Assembly: GCF_006345805.1 (NCBI RefSeq)
Contig: NW_021831752.1
Coordinates: 326,022 to 390,021, forward strand
Length of the DNA stretch: 64,000 nt
DNA from: Octopus sinensis
Taxonomy: Eukaryota
Reading direction: 5' to 3'
Shown in pieces: positions 13,100-24,659 of the stretch (positions within the stretch are counted from its first letter, which is position 1; each line of letters begins with the position of its first letter). Both the position numbers and the translations under genes were made by a program. Under the pieces are notes generated by a model. That model was given only the letters and a program-made list of their open reading frames with translations, made no database searches and was not told where the DNA came from.

Positions 13100-13792
13100 G
13101 GTACTTTTGTCGAAGTGGTCGCAGTTTTTTTAGGCCTTTTAAAAAATCTAATAATTTTTGAGGTGGAATATATTATATTTTATTTAAGTCGCTCTATCAA
13201 TAATTAAAATATTATTAACAGAAAATGCACTGCATCCTCCTTACTTATTGGGAGCTGTCGGAATTTGATGTTGCATAAGTCCACAACAGAATTTTCCATG
13301 TGACCTATAGTGCCAGTTTATATCAATATTAGGTACATGCTCGCCATAATATAAACAAAATTAGAAAATAAATTAGTAAAAAATTTAATAATATTTTAAA
13401 TTATTGATAGAGCGACTTAAATAAAATATAATATATTCCACCTCAAAAATTATTAGATTTTTTAAAAGGCCTAAAAAAACTGCGACCACTTCGACAAAAG
13501 TACCGGTTTTTTTAGTTAGTTATTTTTTCAGAATTTATGTGGCGAAAACAAATACAGAACTATAAGGAATCTTTTGCACAGATTGTAAAAGACATAAATC
13601 CTTCTACAGTCCTGGAATTTGGATGCCGCGTACTAAAAATGACTAAATGGTTAAATAAATTTTTAAATAATTTTAATAACCATTTAAATTATTGATAGAG
13701 GTTATAAATTAAATAATCTATTTTTCACTAAAAAAATTAATTAATTTTAATTATCTTCAAAAAAAAACTGCGACCACTTCGACAAAAGTACC
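13100..13792. mobile_element. Non-autonomous GG..CC element with 8-bp TSD (Merlin-type), composite with two right ends
   Basis: TSD CTCAATTT at 13092-13099 and 13793-13800; TIR GGTACTTTTGTCGAAGTGGTCGCAG; a near-perfect ~120-bp inverse ends at 13504 and a second right end ends at 13792. Confidence 0.8.
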
Positions 13793-15419
13793 CTCAATTT
13801 ACGCAGTTAACTTATACGTTTGAATATTGTTATTCCATTTTAGGTTATCCTAATAAAATTTTCATATAAAATTTATCGTTAATTTAAATAAAAAATTATT
13901 TTTATTATGGATTTATGAAAATTAATCATTTTAGCTAATCGAGAAATATGAATTCCGTGTAACCGCTCACCGTTCCCTTTTCGATAACATAGAGATCATT
14001 TCTTCGCTCGACAACAATATACTTATTAACATCAAGTCCATCGTACAGCGGATACTGCCGAACATTGGCATCGTTGTCCTGTCTAAAAATTAATTTGACG
14101 CTTGAGACCTTAAAAGCACAGTCGTTCCGACATTGATATTTTCTTCGTCGTATCTCCATTTTCTTTTTTCAATCATTTTTTCGCCAGCAATAATTAAGTT
14201 TTCTAATGCACTTTCTCGTGCTCTGATAATCCAGTTGAATCATAGGCTAAAAGTTGCTCCATTCCCCCTTCATCAATCCTTCCAGGATTTTCAACACCCA
14301 TGAATATATAAAAAGGGATTTTTTTGTCGAAGAATGAATGCTGTTATTGTAATCATACACGATGTCCTTTATGCATTCGCGATATCGTCCAAAACAATTT
14401 TGAGAAGAACTTGCCGACGATATCCAGCGTTTTATGCTTTGATTAAATCTACAAATCGATTTTAAATCATTAACCTTTCGACTTGCCCTTGTACCCAAGG
14501 AGCACGAGGCCTCCCACGTACATGTTTTATACCATATTTCGTACCATAGAGCATCCATTTGCGAATTGCAAAATTCCTTCCATTATCAGTGTGTAGAATA
14601 AGCGGAGGCCCGACATAATAAAAAATTCTTTGGAATAAATCTGCGATTTCTTCAGAAGATTTGGTCACCGACAGTTCAAGCATTACATATTTGGAAAAAG
14701 AATCCACAATTACCAAAATCTATTTATTAACATTAAATTCATACCCAGCTAAAGCCATCATTCAACGCCGAATATCTTCTGAGGTCAATTAAACCGCAAT
14801 GATTTGTCCCTACATCTCCTTGCAATGATTGGCGTAATCGGAGGCTTCGTAGACAATATTTTTTCGACTAAGAATATTTACTAAAAGGAGTTATTACCTG
14901 ACAGAAAGCACAATTCGAAATCACCTTAGAGATTTCTTCTCTATTCAATCCATAATAGAGATTTCTTAATTTCGAAAAAAGCCGGTCTCTCCCAAAGGGG
15001 TTATAGTTATGTTCCGCCTAAATTTTATTTATTAAGTTGGACCTCAACGCACTTAAGCTTTAATTCGATTTCATCTTCACAGAAAAAACGCAATTTAAGC
15101 CCATTTTTTCGAAAATATGTTTTTCCATTTTCAAAATGGAAATTCTTTCCCAATTTTGTGAGCCTGTATCGCTCATGCCGCTCGATTGACGATGTATCAA
15201 AGTTAGAGTCTTTCATTTCTTTGATTTTGTCCAGTGTTTCCTTAAATAATCTCACTACACGCATGTTCACGCTTTTTTAAATAAAAATAATAATGTGATT
15301 CTACTAAAATAAATAATCAATTATTGATTTTTTTCATACTAATTTTTAGATTTCTAATTTTTTCAGCCATTTGTGACAAGTGTAGATTATTCGGCGTGTA
15401 TTTTATTCGGACTGTCACA

Positions 15420-15648
15420 TACTTAATTGTACAATTAGTTTTAAATTTAATATATTGTTATTTTTCGAAAATTCCTGGGGACCACTAAAAATTTTCTGGG
15501 GTCCACGATTGAGAACCGCTTGATTAATTTCAATGTTTTTGATTTATACTTAATTGTACAATTAGTTTTAACTTTAATATATTTTTATTTTTCGAAAATT
15601 CCTGGGGACCACTAAAAATTTTCTGGGGACCACGGTTGAGAACCGCTG
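15420..15648. repeat. Two tandem copies of a hAT-like terminus
   Basis: TACTTAATTGTACAATTAG..GGACCAC(G)GTTGAGAACCGCTG occurs twice (~15420-15521, 15547-15648). The end is the inverse of a CAGCGGTTCTCAACC hAT-type TIR; no partner end found. Confidence 0.6.
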
Positions 15649-17129
15649 TCCTAGATCATAAAAAATTACAAAATTCGTTTTATTTATAGAAAAATTTCAC
15701 ATTTATTTCCAACAGATAGAATATCATGTTCCAATTAGTCTTGGGACAGTTAGTTATTTATTTACTTTTTGATAAAATAATTGAATTCATCAAAAAAATT
15801 ATACTAATTCCAGATTAATTCGTATATTTAAATGATTATTAGCATTATTTGCGATTAATATTTTGTACATGCTTAAGCGAAAGGAACATTCAGAAGAAAT
15901 AAAAAAAACTTATACTTCTTGAATATAATGCAGGAAACTCAATCCGAAAAATTTCCGAAAGTGTTCATATTCCGAAGAGTACAGTATGGAACATTATCAA
16001 TAAATCGAAATTATTTAAAACTACCAAAAATAAGCCAAGATCAGGACAACCAAAAAAAATCATCTCGATCAATTTCCATAATTAGACGAAAAGTGCTTGA
16101 TAATCCGAGATTATCTCGTAAACAACTCTCTACTTACTTGGGTGAGATAGGAACACCAGTATGTTCACAGACTGTTACAAATGCCCTAAGAAAAGAAGGG
16201 TTCCATAAATGTCGTCTACGTAAAGTTCCGCTGCTTACTAAGAAACACGTCCATGCACGGCTAAAATATGCCAAAAAAATTTTACTTAAAGACGACGACT
16301 TTCTAAATAATATTATTTGGTCGGATGAAACAAAGATAGAAATTTTTGGACACAATTATACAAGCTACGTGTGGCGTAAATCGGAGGATGAATATCGTCC
16401 AAAAATACCATACCAACAGTTAAACATGGAGGTGGCAGTTTATGCTATGGGGGTGTTTTTCTTCTTGGGCGTTGGAGAACTTCATGTGATTGACGGAATA
16501 TTGAATGCTTCTAAATACTGTGATATTTTGGAAAAAAATCTATTTTCGTCAATTGAGAAATGTGGTATTGCAGGAAATTGGACATTTCAAAAGACAATGA
16601 TCCAAAGCACACCGCAAAAAAAACTCAAAAATGGCTAGAAGAACATTTGATTGATACCCTTGAATGGCCAAGTCAGTCCCCAGATCTTAATCCGATTGAA
16701 AACCTTTGGAAGGAATTAAAAGCCAAAGTATGGGCGCATAATCCAAAAAATATCGCGGAATTAAAATCATTTTGTTTTGAAGAATGAAATAAAATTCCTG
16801 TTGAAACTTGTAAAAAGCTTGTTAACAATTATAAAATCGCTTAAATGCAGTTTTGGAGAATAACGGATACTTTACAAAGTATTAAGTAATTTGTCCCAAG
16901 ACTAATTAGCATTTTATTTGTGACTGTTTGTTTAAAATGTCAAATTTTTTTAAAATAAAATTTTCTTTGGATTATTTTTAAATGTTTTATATGTAAAAAA
17001 CTTTGTTTAATTTTTTAGCCTTAGGAAAAAATGAGATAAAAACAGGTATGTTTAAAAAAAAAAAAATTTTAATAACAAGGAGGACGCAACACTGTAAAAT
17101 CCTCAGGCTCACTCAATTCGTCCACACTA

Positions 17130-20100
17130 CTATCCAGATGGGTACTGTGGGCTACAAATAAGGGGACAAAGCAAACGTTTGCTGAAGAAATAGTTATCTT
17201 CCAAGTCAGAATCGTCTTCTTCTGATTCCGAATCCACAAACCTCTTGGGATCCACAGCCAACCAGTTCAACTGGACATTACAAGAGCACATACTCGACTA
17301 CGAGTGGACACACACTTCCAGCGCCCTGCCACTTTCTTCCTCAACACAATCTGCACTTCCTTCAAACAGATTCTGTATCGAGAAGAGGACACCACCGAAC
17401 CCTTCAATGGGAGAAAGAACGCATACAACTCCCCCTCAGACTTTCCTCTACAAATTACGACTTGTATCAGTACCGAAACAGTAATTGGCTGTCCTCAACT
17501 ACCACCACTCCCTCGTCCTTAACATTGCTTAAACGGACTGCGAAAAACAATTTTAAGTCTGTCTCCGCCCACGTGACCATGGGTTGTAGCCTAGGATTAA
17601 TAAATATCCTACCATTTTCCATTTCCCTCCATATTAACCCTCCTCCAAAACTCTTTCATTGAGGTAGCAAACTCAACGGGGAAACTTAAAAGTAAAAATA
17701 TGACTACACATTTCTAGGAAAAACTCTGGCCAATGCTCGTTAGCCGCCTCTACTGGATGTATGACTGACTCATCCTCTTGTTTGCGGAATAATCCCAGCA
17801 GTGATTCACTCGTCGTAGACAGTGGGGCAGGGAATGATGATAGCCTACAATTAGAAGAAAAAACAACCTTTTCAAATTTTCCACAATTTTATAATTGATG
17901 AGGCAGGATGGATTAGACATATTAGGAATAAGGACTTGCAGAAGATTGAGTATCTCTTCCAAAACCTGTAATGTAAATAAAGAGAGGACTACCTGAATGT
18001 CTTCACTCTCCCTCAACAAATAACAAATACCACACATGGCCATCACTTCGCATTCAAAACGAAATGCAGCTCTGAAATGTAAAAACAATCCAACGGTTTA
18101 TATCTGAGGGTGACAGTGAAGCATTTAAGAATGGGGAGAACAACTTGAGGATCAGTAACTGCATCTCTCGTCAGAAGACTTGTGAGTGACGAGGACACAA
18201 TGTTCTGGTCATTTGCCTGCAGAGGAGTCGAAACATATTTGAGGAGTCCAGTCAATATCTCCAAAACATGGTTAGTCCACTACAATCGTCAACTAAGTCG
18301 TACGCAAAACAGACTTTCTTCATTGGCCACATACATCAAGTGCTGAATAAATACACAGTGGGCCTCCAAATAGATGGCCTGCACACAAAAACTAACAATC
18401 ACCCCACAACACCAAACCTCTCATAGTCTACCAAATAACCCCAGACATCCAGTAGTCCATCCGGGTAGTAGGATATGTTGTCGTAGCCCTACAATAATCA
18501 AACAACAAAACCTGCAATTCCAATTCGAGAATGTAAACTAGACGGGACTCAATAAGAAAAGAATCGTCAATGACTTGACTTCTCAAACAATCCAGCAAGA
18601 GATTCCACAGTTCGTCGTCAGTCCCCCAGTACTCAACCATGAAGCGAAGTGACTCCGCAATCCATATCGCCAATCCTTCAGGACTGACTAGTCTTAACGC
18701 ATCCTTCATCTCAATACATATCTCCTCAGTCCTCTAAACAGAATATACCCCAACACTACATCCACATCTACTCCATCTGGAGAATATCCCATCAACTTCA
18801 TCTCCTCCAATATGTCGATAGGAAATGGACAGTGGTAGAAGAGTCTCACCACTCCTTCATCACCACACTCCACGGAATAGTCCCCAGGTCTCGCCACCAA
18901 CCGTTGGAATGCCTCCTTCGCCCGAGCAGACCACTGTCCCCCTTGGAGGAGACAGCAACAGTGAGCAAAGGCATTGAATCGGCAGTATTCCGAAGGCATC
19001 ATATACATGTCCGACACTAGGACTGTGGGAGTCTCCCCCGTATCTACCCACGTGACCTCACATCGTGATTCCCCCAACACCTCCTTCACTATTCCACGTC
19101 GGAAACTACCATTAGACCACAGACTTACCAATAATCTGCTCTTGCGTCGTTTTCCGGGCATATTGTGATCACGTAATCCCCCTCCTTCGGGTGGACACAG
19201 TGCTTAAACTTGGAGTACTGACTGTACAAATCTCCATTCATCTGTCTGAACAACCCCAACGAGTCGCATTTATGCACATAAAACATTGACGGACTCTCAA
19301 CATGACCAATCTTCACTGGAATAGTCCCTTCGAACGACTCCCTCCCAATTTCCGATCTAGTCAATGGGAACGGGGGATAACCTGAACATGGAGTGTCCGT
19401 ACAGTCTTTCAGTGAGTGTGTGTATGTGCTATAATTAATAACCAAGCATACATCTTTATTCGATTGTCCCATCTTCTCTACAATCAAGTGATTAACCAAG
19501 TCAAAATGCATGACAGGGACATCCAAAATGGGTAGTTTACAACACTTGATGAGAGTATTCACCCAAAATGTATTCCCCGCTCTACTGTCTACAACAAGTG
19601 GTCACCTCAACTCAATGTGGGCCACGACTTGTTCTCCTTGAACTAATTGTTCCACGTGATTGTTCACTTGAGTATTCCACTCGGAATTCATATCGCACGG
19701 AACAATCCCACTCAAATACACATCCACGGCCTGACTCTGCTTACTCAGACACTACCTGTGGACGAATTGAAGACAGGACGGGCGGTAAGATAAAAATGTT
19801 CTCCTTCTGAGTTATGCAAGAAGACCCTTCGTCCAGCAATGTCACGACCAAGTCATAGTCTCGACACTCGTCTATCACAGCACTAGGAAATATTGACAAG
19901 ATTGTACCGTTTGAAAGTCTCTTTCATCAAAACAGCCACTCGATCACCCACTTGAAAGTGTTCTGGCCTGATCTGCTGTTTCGGATTAGAAAAATGTTTA
20001 ATCAAGTCAAAGTTAAGTTGCTTTGACTGTTTCTCATAATTTGTCGTATACGATCCAGAATCGGAAATGATCCGACAACGGAAATGTGATGCGTCCACCA

Positions 20101-20379
20101 CAAAGAGCACCAACATTCGAATATCCCCCGTCGACGGAAGACCATCACAATCAGGGTCATCGAAATAGTCATAAAAGTGAGAACCCCCATGACTATCCGG
20201 ACATTGATATCCCAAACTAGGAAATAAATAAGTCAATTCAACTGGCAAAATCCGAACTGCATAAATATCCTACAAGGACTGGGAGGTAGGTCGTAGTGGA
20301 ATCGATTAATGACAGGAACCAGGTAGTTTATTGGTGCCTGGAAGCATTCACCACCATCAACAGGAAACATTGATTGCAT
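17130..20379 (-). CDS. TDRD12: Extended-Tudor x2 plus CS (p23-like) domain protein, TDRD12/SoYb-like piRNA factor
   Basis: Spliced peptide has CPDSH..LPSTGDIRMLVLFVVDASHFRCRII, PQAVDVYL, HIELRAGNTFWVN, a second Tudor (HVESPSMFYV..RRGIV..WVDTG), and a C-terminal CS-like segment (YAFFLPLKGSV..IVLRKK..W..LNWLAVD..SESEEDD). Many 23-32 nt introns; not every junction verified. Confidence 0.6.
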
Positions 20380-20472
20380 CACTTTTATTTATTAAATATT
20401 AAATAAAATATTATTCTCAATTAAACAAAAAAGAAAATAATTAATTTCCAAAATATAGTTCCTAAATAATCT

Positions 20473-20988
20473 CTAAAGCAAGTCATCGCAAAGTTCATGA
20501 AGAGCACAATTGTAAGTCTACAAGTGACAAATTAGCCCATACTTTCGACAGATTGGCATCCTTGGTGAACGTATGGAAACTGGAGGCATAGATCATGTTG
20601 GACTCGGCAGTGCAGGCTGCAAATAAGTGGCAAATATGAATACAGTCAGCCCTCACATAAATGGCCACAAGCGGGTAGGAAACTCGCAGTTCGTCGTGTC
20701 GTTTTTTGTAGGAATAAATGACATATCGTGGCTCACAACTGGGAATGGAGTCCCCAATATCCTCTAAATCAACTCCCTAGCAGTCAATTAATAATGCTTC
20801 CTCTTAATTATATAATTAGTACATTAAGCTGCTTTTCTAATTCAATCGTCATCTTTTCCTGATTTATTGCAACTAGGACTTAATGTTATGTCAGAACAGA
20901 TTAATGCTTCTGAGTTGACGAATTTCTTTTTTCTTAATTCTTCGATTGACTTTAATGTTTCTTTTGTGGGTACAGCCATCCCATCCAT
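20473..20988 (-). CDS. GMF: Glia maturation factor (ADF-H family), 5 exons
   Basis: IPSCEPRYVIYSYKKRHDELRVSYPLVAI..NMIYASS matches GMF ([32 protein letters not shown]); introns of 25, 46, 27 and 25 nt. Confidence 0.88.
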
Positions 20989-21134
20989 TTTCAAATCCAC
21001 ACTACACCTACTTAACTGTGACCTCAATAGCCTTTTGTATCTATTTAAAAAATAGTTTACCTTAATAAAAATATTAAAATATATAACAATAAAATAATAT
21101 TAAAAAATATTTTAATCTTCATACAATTTATAAC

Positions 21135-23570
21135 CCCTGTGGAAAGTGTCAAGTTGCTCCATGCTTTTCTTTGATGCTCCCCAAGTACCTGCGTTGTACA
21201 TGAGGACAGGTCGAACAAATGCATCATATAATCGTAGACGCATCTTAGTCGAAATTTGTTTTTTTCTCATCCATATAGATTGGAGTTTTTTAAGTGCAAT
21301 TGTTGATAGTATTTTTCGTCTGGTAAATAATATCTTCAGAATCGCCAAGAAGAGATCCGAGTTTTCGGACGTTTCGCCACTTCTCATCTATGCGAGTTGG
21401 CATACGTTCGACGGTGGTTATTTCGGTTTTCTCTTCGTTGACTTTGAGTGACCATTTATCGAGAATTGTTTTTGCTTTCTCCATAATAATTTTTATTAAT
21501 TTCGAATTCTCCGTAATAAAGTCAAGATCATCCTCGTATATGAGTTTCACAACTTGGTTGTCCATATATCCAATTTCTGCTCTTAAGTTTCTCAGAGCTG
21601 CCTCCAGATAGACGATAAATAATATAGGCGATAGTGTGTCCCCTTGTGGGGTTCCAAAATTTGTAGGAAATAGTCTAGATTCTTTAGGGCCAATTCTGAC
21701 AAAAAGTTGAGTTTCCGATAATAGCATATGTATCATGCGTAGACTGTCTTCATCTATAATGTTCTTTAACACGATAAGTAGTTTGCTCCTGTTGATGCTA
21801 TCAAAAGCTTTGCTCATGTCGATTCCCAGGACATGAAAGGATCGTTTATACTTCTGACATATTGCATTGATCCAGCGATGGGTCCAAACAATATTGGCCG
21901 TGGATCTTCCAGGTCTGAAGCCACTCTGACTGCAAGAGAGATAACGATCGACTGATCTTGATATTTGGCTTCGAACAATAGTCGATAGAGTTTTCCTTAG
22001 AGAGGTGACTAATACAACCGGTCTCAGGCTTCCACAGGGTCCCCGTCGTTTGCCTGGTTTCTGGACGGGTATTATTATTCCTGTCCCAATTGGAAGTGGG
22101 CAGTGTTGGGCAAACGCTTGTTCAGTATATGTGCGAAAAAGCTCGCTAGACTGTTGGGAGCGTATTTGAGTAGTTCCCTGGACTCTCCATCATATCCTGC
22201 AGCTCTGTTATTGTTCATACGGTGAAATGCTTCCAGGACCTCCGAGGGTGTTATTTCGTTCAGTAAGCCTCGCGGATGACCAATGAATGTGGGTGTATAA
22301 GTGTCATCTGTTTGGAATTGTCTCTTGAAGTGGTCTGCGATTCGTGATGCTTTATCTTCATCGTCCAATATCATGTGTTCTGACTCATCCCATACCGATA
22401 TTTTGGTATTTCGTGAGCCTCGATTAAGTAATCGGGTGGCCATGAATATCTGGTTCCCAGGTAGGAGTCTTTCAATTTCAGTAACTTTATCATCTAAGTA
22501 TTTCATCCATAGTAGGCGTCCCCTGTCTCTAATTTCATGAAGGAGCCTGTTCCGTTTATTCTTTAGCTCTTTTTTTGGTTTCCATACCACAGTTTTCGAT
22601 TCTCAGACGGATGTCTCTTTGTTGTTCTGACATCTCTCTCAGTTTTGAGTCATGGTATGTGTAATTGTTTGAGCGGTTACTCCTGTATCCGACACTATCC
22701 TCCGCGGCTTGTTTAATTTTCTCAAATACTTCTTTTAGGAGAACGTCTGGTCTCTTTTCTGTATTTAGTTGTGTTATGAATTGTTCGATATTATCTTGAT
22801 ATTTCCTCCGTTTCGTGGTATTGTTAATCAATTCCTCCGTAGCGAGCCTTCTTTGTTTTGTATTGGCTGTATAGTTCATGGCTATGTTGCCAAGTATTTT
22901 TTGCATACGTATCCGAGCTACTGTTATTCTGTGGTCGCTATTTGTAGCGGTGCCTCCGTAAGAGCGTGAGTCTATGAGAGAGTCCTTGTGTGTATTCTGA
23001 CATAGTATATAATCTATTTGATTATATATTGTGATCTCCTCCCCGCTTCGGTCTTTCCTATAGCCGGTCCACGTCGTCTTATGCCTGGCAGGATGTTGAA
23101 AGGTCGTATTGCAGAGATAGAGATCAAGGGGTCACTTTCCACAGGGGTCAACTGAGAAAACTCCTCGGCTATTCGTGGCCGAAGAAAATATCAATGATAA
23201 ATTATACAGGTTAGCTAACTGTGGGCCTATAAGTCTAAATGTACTTGAAACCCGCTGGCGCTTGTTTGGACATATTTTACGAATGAAAAAAGAACACCTT
23301 GCAATATGGTCATGGAAGAATTTTTCGACCATACTGAATACTCTAAATATAGAGGACGCCCAAGAGACTGTCTCCCGGGAATACTCACGAAGGAATATGC
23401 TATGATCGGAGGCCGATTGATGGATGCAAACAATCTGGACGAAATCAGAAAGAGGGCAAGACGAAGGAAGGGATGGAAGGAACTAACGACAAGAATAGTT
23501 AAAAACATTGCACAAGCGAAACCATAAACTTTGTTTACTGGCAACGCGAACGTGCATTAACTAACTAACT
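21135..23570 (+). mobile_element. RTE-clade retrotransposon with inverted 5' segment
   Basis: 10-bp TSD AATTTATAAC at 21125-21134 and 23571-23580; (TAAC)n tail. APE-RT portion lies on the minus strand (21135-23131) and the 3' portion on the plus strand (23133-23570). Confidence 0.93.
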
Positions 23571-23634
23571 AATTTATAACAAGGATATCGAGTAAATGAA
23601 AAATGGATATCGACTAATGATAATTTCATGATAT

Positions 23635-24648
23635 TTAAAAGGCAACTCCTGTGGCCAATTCGGCAGCCTCAATAACCCGTTTCTCCATTTCCAGGTCCCC
23701 CGCAAATCTCGATTTCCTCCCCAAACACAATTGTCGAAATATTGACCAGAAATTCCCTCCAAATGAGGGTCAGAAGTCACATACAACACAGTCTGCGCTC
23801 CCTCTTGAGTCGTCTACACAATCAAAAAACTCAAAAACCTTCCCAAACAACCAAAAAAAACTCTTGAAAAAAATTTTGAACGGAAAAGTCGAATAAAACC
23901 CACTGAAAATCGTCCCAGGGTGAAGAGCATTAAATGTGACAGTCCCCTCCGAGTATTTCCTGGCCAAATATTGACACAAATAGATTTGACAGAGTTTACT
24001 ATTCCCATAAGACTTGAATACGTCCAATTCCTTCCCTCCCAACAACCTTTCATTGATCTTGCCGGATATTTCATGTGCCCACGAACTGACAAACACAACC
24101 CGGGCACCCTCAGTCAGTCTGTCCATCAGCAGGTTAGTGAGAAGAAAGGGGGAGAAATAATTGACTTGCATGACTGTCTCCAGGCAGTCCACTGTCTCCT
24201 TGTATGATAACACTGTTTAATGAGCATATTTGAGAACAGGACAGTCCTGCGTTGTGGACGAGGGCGGATATGCTTGATTCGGACTCGTGGAGCTGCTCTG
24301 AGAACTGTCTTACTGAGTCAAATGAGGCCAGATCGAGTTCCATCACGTGAATGTTTGGGTTGCCAGTTATGTCTGTGAGTTCTTTGGCTGCGACTTGTGC
24401 TTTGGTGATATTTCGACAGGCTAAGATTACATGTGCTCTTCGTTCGGCCAGTCCTTTTGAGACTTCATAGCCAATTCCTGAGATTAGAGTGAAATTGGAA
24501 TACCCGAGGCTCCCCCAGTCACCACAATTGTTTTCCCGCTCAAATCCTCCTTCGTTGGGCACTTCCGAGTAATCACTTTCTGAATTATGCAGTAAGATGA
24601 GTAGAGAGTGACAATGAGAACAAGTAGGACAACCACAACGTTAAACAT
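23635..24648 (-). CDS. Membrane-anchored retinol dehydrogenase-like SDR (RDH11-14 type)
   Basis: N-terminal TM, VVTGGASGIG, LDLAS, HNAG, YGNSK catalytic motif, LHPG; three 25-26 nt introns. The last ~20 codons need a 1-nt frameshift near 23700. Confidence 0.85.
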
Positions 24649-24659
24649 CTAATTTTTTA

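Larger units (their letters stand above)
12328..15419 (-). mobile_element. Ginger/TDD-type DNA transposon with Gypsy-like integrase (pseudogenised)
   Basis: ~35-bp TIR TGT(C/G)ACAGTCCGAATAAAATACACGCCGAATAA once the nested MITE is removed. Integrase pieces in 13935-15270: HHCC region, IVDSFSKY, LHTDNG, PWVQGQVER; 25-nt intron at 14720-14744. No gag, RT or LTRs. Confidence 0.8.
12233..17078 (+). mobile_element. Decayed Tc1 (DD34E) element whose left IR is split by nested insertions
   Basis: TA then CAGTGGGTCAAATTAGTCTTAGGACAC at 12233; inner repeat AATTAGTCTTGGGAC near 15735 and its inverse near 16893. Frameshifted transposase 15869-16885 ([26 protein letters not shown]). Right IR matches the left until ~17078, then is cut off. 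Confidence 0.85.

Noticed and set aside
13935-15270. LTR retrotransposon, Polinton or prophage integrase
   Set aside because: No gag, protease, RT, polymerase or LTRs; the integrase is bounded by short TGT..ACA inverted repeats, fitting Ginger-type DNA transposons.
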